Made by a program: the position numbers and the translations under genes. A stretch of DNA of 63,999 bases, counting the filler, from Dirinaria sp. TL-2023a (Eukaryota), in the NCBI GenBank assembly GCA_051941275.1. It is 4 parts of 4 records of this genome, joined end to end, with 100 filler letters (N's around TTAATTAATTAA, not from the genome) between each part and the next. Parts side by side here need not be neighbours in the genome. Positions count along the whole stretch, not along the records: positions 1 to 16,181 come from JAVEBF010000504.1; positions 16,282 to 32,455 come from JAVEBF010000505.1; 2 more parts are not named here. One strand, 5' to 3'. A model generated the notes under the pieces. The model ran no database searches and was not told the DNA's origin. It saw nothing but the letters and a program-made list of their open reading frames with translations. Below are positions 12,716 to 25,700 of the stretch, piece by piece (positions within the stretch are counted from its first letter, which is position 1; the number at the start of each line of letters is the position of its first letter).

Positions 12716-13735
12716 AAGCACTAGTCAACAAAGGCAGCTTCTAGCACGGAACTTGGGCCAGGAAATGCAGTCTGCGGCCAAGTTATACGCCTAGCGTACC
12801 GGACCTACTCTTGACAGAAACCTCCAGACGTTTGTTCAAACATCGTCTCGACATCTTACATCACCCCCGTTGGCATCACCGACTCATGCCCCTTTGAAAT
12901 GAGCATAGCTTTAGCATTTTATGAAGCGGCCATAATCATCGAGGATCCTTGTTCGTCTTTTATTGCCATTTCGGGTACTCACTTTTGCTCATGACCTTTC
13001 AAGTTCTTGTACTCGTACCAAGCCGAGCTCGAACTTCATCTACACAATTTCTACTGTACGCGTTTCTCCGGACCCGAGCATTGGAATTGATGTCAAGGGA
13101 CTTGGCATCATTCGGATTACATTACTCTCTCGATAGCCCTTCAATCCCAGACTTCTGTGTGACTTTTCTCGACAGACCTCCAAGCTCTATTGTAATGAAA
13201 AATCGGAGGTCTATCCTCTACTAAGGTTCTAGTGACGACTGCGACGAGATGCTACTTTACCTACATAATCTCAACTCGTCTCGATTCCTTGACCATCATG
13301 TGAAGATAGATTTACGATGAGAAGATCGAGCATTGATTCTGAATATAAGGCTTAATTTTTTGGCCGTTCCCCCTGTCCTCCAAATTTGTTCTACGTGACT
13401 ACAAAACCATGCTTACCCCTCATAAACCTGCGAGCACGTGTTATATGTATCTAACTTGGTTTTCGGTGCTTGCTACGATTGACAAACAAACTTGAAATCG
13501 ATGATGCAGACTCGCTCAGGGCATGAGGTGGTTACCTAGGTAGGTCAAGAGCCTCAGACCCTGACTCAGCCCTAGAATGGCGGCCTGAGCGGTTGCTTCG
13601 ACCGCCCCGCTTCCACAACAAAGCTACAGACCGAGTACTCGCACCGTTCGCCTTTTCCTCACTGTTACTTCAAATTCCCGGTGAGCTTCGGCCTGCTTCT
13701 TTGTCGCCGTCGCGCAGGCTCAAGTCACCGCCGCT

Positions 13736-14824
13736 ATGCCTGACGTAAGTTGCATCAGCAACCTGTCAATGGGTGACAATCGCGGTAATGCTAATGCTAT
13801 CGCGCATAGAACAAAGTCACCCGCCAGGTGAAGCTCGTCACTGAGCAGCATATTATGTAGGCCGCAGTCCTCTCTGCTTCCTCCACGCCTTTACAAGGAG
13901 CCATACTGATGTGTGCTCCTTATCCAGTGACAAAGACTCCGGCCAGGAGGGTTACCCTATGCGTGAATGGCAGATCCAGATCTTTCTGATGAACTCCGCT
14001 GGCGAGGAGGTTGCTGCCAATGTTTTTGGTCAGGCTACCTATAACCTTCATCCGTCCTTCCCGAAACCCGTGCACAGTAAGTATTCGAGCTCTTCGTCTC
14101 GTGTGCATGGGAGCACAGTCAAGAGCACAGGCTAAGGCAGGCGTTCCCGTGACAGCCATCAAAAAGCCACCATTTCTCTTGAAGCAAGAAGGATGGGGTG
14201 AGTTTGATATGGAGATTGTCCTCCAGGGCATTGACAGAGGGGGCGAGCATACCATACACCATGACTTGAACTTCAGAGAGGAGCGCTATGAGACGCTGCA
14301 TCCCGTCGTACGTTTGCCCAGATATATGCCTTAATGGCTTGGATTGTTTGACCAGAAGATTGTTAACGGGAAGCTTCGCCGGCATGTAGACCTTCAAGAA
14401 CCCGAGGCCAGCTCTTGCAGCTGCGCTAGCTGAATCTGGAGTGATGGAGAACGGGATTAAGAAGAAAGACGAGAGCGCCAAGAAGAAGAAAAGGGTTGAT
14501 AAGGGGGTAAACCTTGCTGCTGCCACCAAATCCTTCTCTAAACGCTAATCCTCGACGCCGTAGGTCGACATGGAGAAACTGGCGGACAATCTCCAGCGTT
14601 TAGGCGAAGATGATCTGCTACAAGTGGTACAGATGGTGCATGACAACAAGACTGCAGACACATACACGAAGAATGATGTCGAACGTGAGAATACAAAAGC
14701 CTTAACCCATGTACATTTCGCACTACTAACGCTGGCTACAGAGGGTGAATTCCATGTCGACCTTTACACTTTACCGGAGCACCTCGTTCGTATGCTTTGG
14801 GACTTTTCCCAAGAAAAGCTATGA
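13736..14824 (+). CDS. TAF14: YEATS + ET domain protein Taf14/Anc1 (TFIID/TFIIF/chromatin remodeller subunit)
   Basis: 9-nt first exon (MPD); YEATS motifs TYNLHPSFPKP and PPFLLKQEGWGEF; C-terminal VDMEKLADNLQRLGEDDLLQVVQMV...EFHVDLYTLP. Confidence 0.9.
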
Positions 14825-16181
14825 TCGGTCTTTTCGAGGCTATGCGGCCGCTACAAATGATGCGCTGGGAACCTCTGATTTTGGCTCCGCAGCATCAAGT
14901 CCACGAGGTGGTTACGGTCATTTAATCTATGCGGCTTCCAGCCCTTCAAAAGCGCGGAGTTTTGGTGCATGGGGGCATTATTGCCGAGTGACGAACAATA
15001 TCTATGCACTGGACTTACGAGCAGATATGAGCACGATCAATGCATTTCATTCACATGTAAGGGTGGCTTTCATGCATTAGAAATCCCAATTTGAGAATGG
15101 TTTGATAGTACCTATTATTGGTCTTGTTATTGGCCTAGCCCTTCTTATCTCTCACCTTGTTAATTAGTTCGTACTCTATGGCCTTTCGCGAACCCTCGTT
15201 TTCAATCTTTGCTACGCTTTTTGCATTCTATCCTGTTATGGCCTACCTTAGCGCTATCTCCTTCGGCCCACAACGGCAAGCTGCATCCCGCGAGCGTGTA
15301 TCCGAGTTTCACATCCAGCAACAATGCTCAGACCAGATAAATCCTCCCCGCTTGCATCCGACCGTAACGACATTTTGATCCCAGTCCTTAGCCATTCCTT
15401 CCGTTTTCGCATTCTCCTAGAAAAACTCCAAGAAGCCCCCTGCCCGCCACACCACCCTACTCTACTGGCACACCACAACCTCCCCACTACTCGTATCCAC
15501 CTTTTCATGCATCAGACGCCCTTTGATGCCTCAGAAAACAGTGTATCCATCACATTCTCTGCTTTGACAGCGTTGCGAAGCCTTCAGCAAAAACGGTCTT
15601 AACGAAGTGATGGTGGACTGATTCACCATGAAATTGCCACCGCCAAATAGGCCAAATCGTTGAAGATTAAATGTATTACAGAAAATTCTAGAGAGAGGTA
15701 TGGTTGGGTGAAAACGAGTAATGTGCGGAGGGCGGCGGTGTGGCAGCAAAGTGAAAGTGGTGTTTGACCCAAACTTAGATATACCTTCCCTCTCCACTCC
15801 TTAACTACACTCCTGAAATCCGTCCTAGCCGCGCCAACTGAACTCTTGATCGCAGGTTGAATACATACCTCTCGATTGCACTTCGATCTACAGTATCACT
15901 GCTTTCCCCTTAACCTGGTGGTTTTTTGGGAGAGGGAGGTTGGGGTTGGGTCGGCAGCGGCGTGCCGAAAGAGTGAGAGAGAAGGGACAGCACCGAGTGA
16001 GATATGTGGTAGCCGCCTTTGAAAAATCGGCTTGTCCGTTAGTAACAAGGGAAAAAAATGTAATTGGGAAACCAAGAGTGGATTAGATTTATATCGACGG
16101 TCCATGGACACGCTACCTAGTTTCTCTTTTCCGCAAGGGATGGAGGAGAAATACTAGACAATGGCTATGAAGGGGGGGGGG

Positions 16182-16281
16182 NNNNNNNNNNNNNNNNNNN
16201 NNNNNNNNNNNNNNNNNNNNNNNNNTTAATTAATTAANNNNNNNNNNNNNNNNNNNNNNNNNNNNNNNNNNNNNNNNNNNN
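16182..16281. other. Assembly spacer (N44-TTAATTAATTAA-N44)
   Basis: Ns flanking a six-frame-stop linker, exactly 100 nt. Confidence 0.97.
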
Positions 16282-17286
16282 GGGATGGGGGTTGGCACGT
16301 TTGGGCTTTTTTTCAAGCGCGCAGAGAGAGTGAGTAGTGAGTGCCAGAAAGAACCTCCTTGAGCCAGTTTCGTTCTCGAGCACGTCAAGGTGCTTTACTA
16401 CATCCTACTAGTTTCTCTACTAGGTATTGGGTACATCTACCCGAGGCCTGAAATGGTTGTCGCTGCCGCCGTGCCAAGCCCGTTTAGCCATCGCCTTGCA
16501 TCCGACACACAGAAGAGACAGAGAGAACCAGACTTGGCAATCCCGTTTCGCAAAAGTCCCAATCCAGACCGCGAAATACGAGAAGCGAGCGAGTGAGAAT
16601 ACGACCGCAGCTCTACCACACACCAAACACACATCGCTTCATGCTGACCACTGATCGGTGGAAGCCATGGCACGTTGTCTAAGACGATGTAATTTGCATA
16701 CAGTAGTGTAGAAAGCAATATAATGGTTCGAACAATGTCTCCTCGCCAAGCACTTCGAAATGCATGGACACGCCATGTGCCGTGCGCCGAACTTCCCAAC
16801 GGCATCCGGCAGCATCGAGTCAAACCCCCTGGCCCTGGTGCCGATCAAACTGAACGGGATGGCGCAATGCACGTGATTGGCTTCTGAATGGCCCCCTCAG
16901 GCCCCCTGGAGCTTTTGGCCCCAGCCAAAGTCGCACGGAGGTCGGAGAGTCGGAGACTGGGAGGGAAATAATAATGTGTCCACGAGTACAGGACAGTACA
17001 GTACATGACCTTACGTCGCAGGATGCAACGGAGATTTCATGTCAATCTCACAGGTGTCATTATTATTGACAAGGCGGACCGATGATGACCCGATTGAAGT
17101 CGCCGTCACCACGCTCAGGTAATACCATGCAAAGGGCTGAGGTGATGGAGAGAAAGCCTCAGGTGCTCGGTATGAGCGTTTCAGCAGGATTATGGACTTA
17201 TTTCGGTGCATCAAGTGCAATACTCTTGCGGGGCGTTTGTTGTGGGTCCAACTCCAATCGAGTCGCGGCTCGAAGCAACGTGTCAT

Positions 17287-19166
17287 TCAGCCTCTGACGG
17301 CCTCGTGCACAGAAGCTGCTATCGCCGAGTCGATGGCCTCTTTTCGCCAGCCGGGAGTTCGGCCGAGGCAGAATGCTTGCTCGATGATAGCTAGGGCGGC
17401 GTCAGCATGCCAAGGACATCCAGGTGCCTTCAGGGATGGCTTACTGCGGATGAAACTCTCCACGTCCAGTATCTTCTTCGAAGCAGCGCCCGCGATCGAG
17501 TACTTGTCCCCGATGAGTAGACTCTGACTGGATATCGCGGGACTGGTAGACCAAGGCTCGAATTGCGTCGATAGATCCGCATCCGTACTCGCATCTGCGA
17601 CTTCGCCAACACCAGGCAGTGACGGTTCGCTCGCAACTAAAGACTCAGAACTCTCTGAGCTTTCTGCCTCTGTACCTGGTGCTGAAGAAGAGAATGAATC
17701 CAGACCAGCCACTATACTAGCCTCCTCCGATGTTGGCACTCCGGTCACATCAAGTTCAGCCCAGGAGGAGTTCGCATCGACGATGACGCCTCTGGACTTG
17801 AGATATTGTTCCACATCATTCGGGTCGAACCATTCGCCTTGAAAGCCTGTATATTGGATGATCTGGTCGACCGTCATCCAATCGGGCATAGGTGTTTGTG
17901 GGGTAAATGACTGTCTTGGGAGCATATGCGCCCTGTCAGCCCCGACCGACGTGGTCACACTGTCATCGCCATCGGGACTTGTGCGAGGATAATGGAGTCC
18001 AGCGCCACCGACGTGCAGATTCGCCGCTCGCCAAAGTTCCAGGCTCTCCTTATCTGTGCGCGCAACCGCTTCACTGACCCAACCTCTGATATTCCCGAAG
18101 TTGTTGAAGCAGAAAACAAATTTGCACATCTGCTGAATGATCTTCTCGTTCCTAATAGGATCCATCATCACCCGATATGAACGCTCAAGAGCTGCACGCA
18201 GAAGTCTTCGCGCGAATGTCGACTCTCGAAAGCTATAAGTTGAAGGTGGAGCCATGCGCTTGGTATTCAGAGGGACGAGGCTATGCGTTTCGTCAGAGAC
18301 GCTGAGATGGTCCGAGATGGGGTTATTCCCATTGCTATAGGAGGCCGAACTCGTACTTGTGTCATAGGGTTCACTTTCTTTGCTATCCTGGTCCTGCTCT
18401 GTCCCAAAAACATAACCCCAAGTTGAAGCTTCCACATTTTCAGTGCGCCGCTCTCTAGGAACACTTCCATCATTGGATGACTCTGTTGCGTTTGCCGGCA
18501 CCATGATTTGCCGAGTCTCGCCAGCGCTGTAAGTACGTGCAGACAGATTTGGAGCTTCGGCTAGCGCACTATTCCCTGGAGAAGCGGCGGTGCTCGATGC
18601 GACATTGTTAAAGCGCAAAGCAACGGCTTGGAGGGTTTCGGCCAAATTGGGCTCGATTTCGTGGAGACCGGAAGCTTTAGCGGTCTCTTTGAAGTCCGCG
18701 ACGATCTGACTCATCTCACTAATAGTCCGCTCGAGGTCGACAACTTTCTGACTGAGCTCCGCAATCGTAGTCTCTTTCCGCTGTCGATACGCTCGTTGAG
18801 CTAGTCTAATCTGCGTCCTTCGGCGCTTCATAGAGTCAGTAGGCTTGCGCTGTTTCCTCGAGTCATTTTCCCTACCTCGCCCCTCGTTTGGCTTCTTGCC
18901 TCAAGGCGTGGTCTTCCTCGCTGGGGTGCTCTCTCAGCCTCCTCTCCATCAGAACTTCTCGATGTCTCCATGCTGTCGCTAGCTACTGTACGCTTTTCAG
19001 CATTGGCCGATGCGACTTTCCGTTTTCTGGATGAGCGAGAGTCTGCTGACGTCGCCAATAGGCCGCCCAAAAGCTGGATCTCGTGGTCTTGCGGAGGATT
19101 AGTTGTTGTGAGGCTAGCGCGTGGCTCCTCTGAAAATTTTCGCAGGGATAATACACTATGATCCAT
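17287..19166 (-). CDS. bZIP transcription factor
   Basis: RGRPRL, intron 18826-18875, then basic region RRRTQIRLAQRAYRQRKE and a leucine zipper. A second 54-nt intron lies at 17391-17444. Confidence 0.85.
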
Positions 19167-19954
19167 TGCCGTCGCAGTTCTTGTTCGAGGTAGAACGAAC
19201 GTGAGAACGAAGATGATCTACCGGTGAAGAATGATACCTTGTAGAGTGATTAAGTCTTGGGAAATTGACGCCATAGACACCGCGGCGAAGATTACGCTCA
19301 TTTATGAACGCTGAGAAGATAAGGAATCGATGGATGTATTGCAATGAGGGGCTCTTGAGATTGGGCATTGGGTGGTATCAATGGTGCAATCTGAAGGTCC
19401 ATGTAGGTCCTGTAGCTTTCTAAGCTGGTCCTCGACAAGCTACCTTTAGTGTCTCGTACGTAAAGGTGAAATAATAAGTACCTCGGCAAGGTAAGGTATG
19501 TCATGTAGGTGGTAGTGAGCGTCTGCTGACCAATCGTCCCGCATTGAAGGAGTGTGGGTGACTGGGTGTCCCATCTTACATCCAGCTTACTTTAGGTAAG
19601 CTGGGTAAGTAAGGTATGGCAGCATATTCCGGATGCGACTTAGGCTGAGCTACCCCGTCGCAATCCGTGTACTCGTACCTGGAGTACCTGTAACCAGAAA
19701 TAATTGAAGAAGCATGTCAAGTAGCAGAAAACTTGAGAGGAAGTATCGACGAGACAACTTCTATAAGCCCTTCTCACCTCTCACCTTAGGCTCCATAGTA
19801 CATCTTACCGTTATCGTAGCAACCCGAGCGTATCATAGTGGGAGAGCAAAAGTACAGTATAACAGACTCCTATTCATGCTTCGACGATAAATGGCAGTAG
19901 ATAAGCTAGTCGTACATTTCTCATGCTCGAACAAAAACCAAAGAGACAATTTCC

Positions 19955-22010
19955 TTACTTTGCCTTTGCAGTCGCCTTTGCTTTGACTGGCACCTCCCCT
20001 GCCTTCGATTTGTTTGCACTTGTTGTAGACTTGAGTTTCGTAGTGGGTTGGCCTTTGCCCGCAGGCTTGACTCCATTGGCCATCTCCTTACTCTTCTCGG
20101 CCACCTGCTTGGGGATGACCTTGGTACCGTTCGGCTGCGCTGCTTTCTGCGCCGCCTGTTTGGGGACGACCTTGGTACCGTTAGGCTGCGCTGCCTTCTT
20201 CGCTACCGCTTGGACAGCAGTGGGCTTGCCAGGTTTGATGGCTTCATTGTTGGCAACAGCCTGCGACGGCGATTTGGTCTTCTCCGCTCGCAGAAAACTG
20301 TCGATCCCCTCCAGATTCTCATCGAGCTTGACTGCCGTCCAGCCTTGCACGCCCCCATCAGTGGCCAGGATCTTCTCATCTTGGTTGTCGGTCACCTTCC
20401 TCGTCGCCGCCAGCTGGGACAGATCGGGTTTCGGGATAATGGCTTTGGATTCCTCCATATCTATGGCCGAATGACCGGCCACTTGGAAATTCATGTTCCT
20501 CAAAACTTGCAGCATTGCACGGGTGTTCAGCCTCAGGGCCCGGGCAGGCTCCTTAGCGCCGAACGCTCGTTTCGTCATCCAGGGAAAGAGGATGCCAAAA
20601 TCAGACTGGCTCAAATGGGCAGACGAGACGGGATAAAAGATATGGGGCGCTGCGCGTTTAGACTTGGGTGGTTTCTTGGCGGCAGGGTTGGCCGAGAGGG
20701 CTCGTTTGGTCTGAATGAGATTTCCTTTCCACTTGAAGAACGCTTCGCTGAGTATGGCCAGCAGATTGGCGCCTGCCGGTCCATTCTGCGCATAACATGG
20801 CATGGGCTTGTTCCAGAGCCATTGCGTCCCAGTGCTTTCCAGCGGTAGACACCATAAGTCCAGTAGCGCAACGGGCGAATCAGGGGTGATTTGTCGGGTG
20901 AGTGATGACGATTTGCCAGGGTTATACAAAGGCTGATACGATTCCGGTTTACTCTCTGCTGTTGAGTAGAAGATGGTCTTCAAGAATTGCACTACCGAGG
21001 CAGCGCCAAACGAGTGACCTGCCCAAGCAATTTTGCCAGGAGTGTGCACGTCCAGCTTCGAAGCGAACATGGTCAAGTCTCCCTTGGTCACCGCCGGCTT
21101 GTACTGATCTGGAAACTTGTCTCCGGCCAGTCTTGATGCCAACTCAGCAAGGCTTCCCTTGGAGTACAGGGTCTGCTGCTGCTGCTGCTCCTCAGGTGCT
21201 TTATCCGCAACAAAATTGGTAAGCTTTCTGCCGTGGTCCATTTGTATCAATATCTTGTGGATCATGCCCAGCTCCCACAGTCGTATCTTCAGCTGCTCGT
21301 CACGAACCTCCTCGACTTTCCTGGATGGGGTGTGTGGCAGGGGTTTGTAGTCGACTTTCTTGACAGTCTTGCCCTCCGCATCCCGAACGAAGGCGACTGG
21401 GGCGCTCCCGTCACGGTGATCCGGCGCAATCACAACCAGGCCGTAGCTGGCCAGAGAGCCACATAGGTGACTGTAGGCGTTCTGCGAGCCCCCAAGACCG
21501 TGAGAGAAGACCATGACAGGCCATCTTCCTGAATCTTTAGGCGGAGTCCGTACGTACGCATTGCGAATTGCGGGTATGGTCACCCAGGACAGCAATTGTA
21601 GGAAGGGGATGTACCTGGAGGGCGCGAGTCAGCACGTGAAAAGTCCGTTCGAAAACAATCGAGTACTAACTGGAGAAAGCCGGATAGGTTCGAGCTGGCA
21701 CCTAAGAACTGCGCATAGGCTTTGATGTACTGGCGTTGAGGGTCAGGCAGCCAATACACCGACTTCGGCCCTTCCTTGGGCGGATTACAGGGGTAGAATA
21801 CGCGGAAGCTGACAGTGGTGATGGTCGGATCAGGGGATGGGGAAGGCGACAGGACTTCGGATGTTGGGATCTCCACATCGAGTGTTCCCACTGGATACGG
21901 GCCTGAGTAGGTGGGAAAGGACGGGGTGGGGTTCAAGCCTGAGACAAAGGACCAGCCACTGTCAGCGGCGAATGACTTGGAGAAGAAATTGAAATCCTGA
22001 GTTGGATCCA
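19955..22010 (-). CDS. Platelet-activating factor acetylhydrolase family protein (alpha/beta hydrolase)
   Basis: YSGPYPVGT, FRVFYP, PVMVFSHGLGG, DHRDGSA, nucleophile motif GHSFG, SAHLSQSDF; one intron near 21615-21670. Confidence 0.9.
20100..20203. repeat. 51-bp tandem duplication in the PAF-AH C-terminal tail
   Basis: Two imperfect copies encoding KAAQPNGTKV(V/I)PKQ(A/V)A. Confidence 0.9.
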
Positions 22011-22020
22011 TGGTTGCTAT

Positions 22021-22063
<43 letters not shown>

Positions 22064-22083
22064 CAGTAGTAGCAGCAGTAGTA
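22021..22083. repeat. (TAG)n/(CTA)n microsatellite immediately upstream of the PAF-AH start codon
   Basis: About 14 perfect GTA units followed by interrupted units. Confidence 0.95.
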
Positions 22084-22778
22084 AAGGATATCAACTACAG
22101 AGCAGAGGATGGGTGAAGGAAAAGCAAGGACCAAAACATCATAAGGTCAGTAATAATGAACAACTACTAAGGCAGTAGCACTTGATCCTGGAACGAGTAC
22201 ATGAACGCTACATTACTTCACCGGTATTCGAGGAGGCGAAACAAGGAAATTGGACCTGCCAGCGCCAGATCACACATGCCTCTGGACCCTCTGCTGGGCC
22301 GCGCTATCCTCCTACTGTAAGGTAGTGTACCCTGGTAACCCTGGTCTGACCTGGTCCTGGTCCTGGTCTCGCGACACGCGCTTGAGGCTGGCATTCTGAC
22401 GTAGGGAGTAGCCAGTTTGGCCGGTAGTCCGCTACGACCATACTCCTTTCGACGTGGCGTTCAACCAGGGACCGAGGGAGCCTTCGGAATAGGACTAGTA
22501 TGACCGCGGTCGACTAGCATAATGAGGTAAGGTACTCTGGAGTTGGTGGGAAATAAATGCAATGTACATGGCGTTGCTTTTCAGATATGATAGCTCAAGT
22601 GGGTATGGAGGTAATGCTAATAGAAGAAGCAAATGCTGTCCAGAAGTGGAACGATCTACCTCACATAAAGATATATGCATCCACAATGGTCAGACGAAAC
22701 CCCACCCGAACCCTGACGCCGACGCTGGAATAATAACGAACATCGACAAAAGGGTCATTCCATCCCCTTTTCACCTTT

Positions 22779-25700
22779 TTAAGCAGCCTCCACATCTTGC
22801 AAGGGCACATAACCCTCATCCTTAGTTCTCCGCCGTCCTCGTATGCTCCTCACCACCCACCTCAGACTCCCGGGCACGATGCGATTGATCTGATTGCCAT
22901 CATATGTTGCCTTCATCCCTGCCAAATCCGCTTTGCGCGCCCCTTCTTTCTCCAACCTCTCTACCGTCATCCACCGCGGTCTCCGCCACAATTTCAACAA
23001 GAGGCTGCTACATACCACGCTCGTGCTGCTTGCCGCCATGGCCGCCCCGGCTGCCATAGGTGGTAGCATGATTGGTTTCGGCAGCATCAGTCCGAAACCC
23101 ATGGCGAACGGTAGACCGATGAAGTTATATAGACATGCCCATCCGAGGTTGAGCTTGATGCGGTTGAAGATACTGCGGGAGAGCGACAGGGAAGCGGACA
23201 CGCTGAGCAGGTCGTCGGGCCGCATGAGCACTATATCAGCAGCCTCCATAGCGACATCGGTTCCAGAGCTAAGCGCGATCCCGATATCAGCGGTAGCTAG
23301 CGCGGGTGAATCATTGATACCATCACCGACCATGGCGACGATTTGACCTTGCGACTGGATCTGCTTGATGATACTCTGTTTCTGATCCGGCAACACGCCG
23401 GCATGGATGTTTGCTTCGGGGATACCGACCTCGCTTGCCACTGCAAGCGCCGTAGGGAATTGGTCGCCAGTCACCAGAGAAGCCGAGATGCCCATTCGGT
23501 TGAGTGCGAGGATGGCAGCTTGAGCAGAGGGCTTAATGGTATCAGACAGGGAGATGATGCCCGTATATATGCCGTCAACAGCGGTGTAGACTTGCGTCGT
23601 CCCAGATCTAGGCGCCATCGGTTTTGTGGGTGTAGATGTCGTCTTAGCAGCAGTAGGAACGGCGATGCCTTGGGATTCGAGATAGGGGACGTTGCCGATA
23701 TGGACTTTGTAGCGCTTGCGTTCCACGGAGGAAGCAGGCTGCACTGATGCAGAAATGCCTTTACCGACAGTAGCCTCGAAGTCTCCAATGCTACCGTCGA
23801 TCATACCATCGGCGCCCACGCCTAGTTCAGCCTTTGCGGCACCGAGAATCGCTTTACCGATAGGGTGCTCTGTGCCCATTTCCGCCAAGCCCACCAGAGA
23901 CCACCATAACCGTCGTCGCCACTCGTTGGCGTTCCAGGTCTGCTCGAGCGCCGTCTCAGAGACGCTCATCTTACCCATGGTCAGGGTCCCAGTCTTGTCG
24001 AAAACGACATGCTTGACTTTCGTCGCAGTTTCGAGGGCTGCTCCTCCTTTGAAAAGGATACCTTGCTCAGCACCCACCCCAGTACCGACCATAACAGCAG
24101 TCGGAGTGGAAAGGCCGAGCGCACACGGGCAAGCAAATACTATGACCGATATGCATAATTTGACACATACCATGAGCTTACCACCACTTTCCGGTTGGAG
24201 GAAGATCTTAGGAGGATGCGGTAGCGCATGGCTTAAGACCATCCATGCCGTGAACGTCAAGAGGCCAAGCGCGACGATAGCCGGAACGAAATAACCAGCA
24301 ACGATGTCTGCCATACGTTGAATAGGCGCTCGGCTCGTTTGTGCTTCTTGGACCAATTTGACAATCTGACTGAGCTGAGTGTCACTTCCAGCTCGAGTAA
24401 CACGGAAGTCAACCCGGCCAGCACCATTGACGGTGCCAGCAAGGAGTTGGCTCCCAGCGGCTTTGTTGATTGGCATAGCTTCACCAGTGACCATGCTCTC
24501 ATCGACGTAGCTCTGGCCACGCAAGACAGTGCCATCAGCCGGTATCTTATCACCCGGACGTAGGATCACGATGTCGCCAACTTCGATTAGCTCTGAAGGT
24601 ATGACTTTCTCTTCAGTAGCATGAGAAGGTAGCTCAGCATCGCCGGCTGTTTTCTTCTCAGCGGCCATCGACAGAGCGTCATCCCAACTCTCAGCGGCCT
24701 TCTCCGCAGCGATAGGGTCTGCGTATATCGTGCCCATGGAGGGTGTTAGGGACATGAGCCGCGAGAGAGCCTTCGAAGTCTGACCTTTCGCTCTGTTCTC
24801 AAGGAACCGACCGAGAGTAATGAACGTGATCAACATGGAACTAGTCTCAAAAACTGTGCTCGGTCTGCTGTGGGGCGGGGAGATAATAGATACCAGCATG
24901 GCAACACAGCTGAAGAAGAAAGCTGCTGAGGTACCAAGCACAACCAGGACATCCATTGTAGGCGATCCATGTTTGAGAGATTTGAAAGCGGATGTATAGA
25001 AGCGTTTTCCGATGCCAAATTGAACTGGCACGGTTAGTATTATTGCAAGGACATCCCCCAGGTAGAGGCCTGGTATGAACAACAGCCAAGAGCCGAAGTC
25101 CAGTGCAGGTATGAACATTGGAAAAATCATGGTTATCAAGAAGACCGGGAGTGCGAAGAACAGCGATGTCAAGAAAGCCCTCTTCCACTCCTGTATCTCA
25201 CGTGTCTTAGCCAATGACTCAAGTTGTGCATCATTGTCGTCGGTTTCGGCAAGCAAAGCGTTGTACCCAAAACTTTCGGTGGCCTCTACAAGAGCGCGTA
25301 GACCTGTCATTGTAGGATTATGTGTGATGTTGATACGGGAAGTGGAGAAGCTGACCACTGCTGACAATACTCCTGGAAGCAATCGCAAATGGTCTTCAAG
25401 CTCGGTGGCTGCAGCGGAATCTGGAAGTCCGAACACTTTGAGGCGTGCATTTCGCGCCGTCGCTGAAGGTTCGATCGTGCCAGTTTGTGATGAGAGGATC
25501 TCTACACCAAAACCGCGGTCTTCAATTGTATTGCCAATCTGCTCCGCGGTCAATTTCCTTGCATCGTGGACGATCTTTGCACGTTCGGCCAGTAGACTGA
25601 TGTTGAACTGTATCACACCATCCACGCCTTTGAAGCCTCCTTCAACTGCAGACGTACACGAGCCGCAGGTCATACCTTCTATAGCCACAGTAGTAGTCGT

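Noticed and set aside
16182..16281. TTAATTAATTAA palindrome inside N runs (also at 32500 and 48751)
   Set aside because: Artificial six-frame-stop contig linker, not biology. It also means neighbourhoods across gaps cannot be trusted.
22011..22134. Poly-Tyr N-terminal extension of ORF 21580-22134
   Set aside because: Translation of the (CTA)n microsatellite upstream of the likely ATG at 22010.
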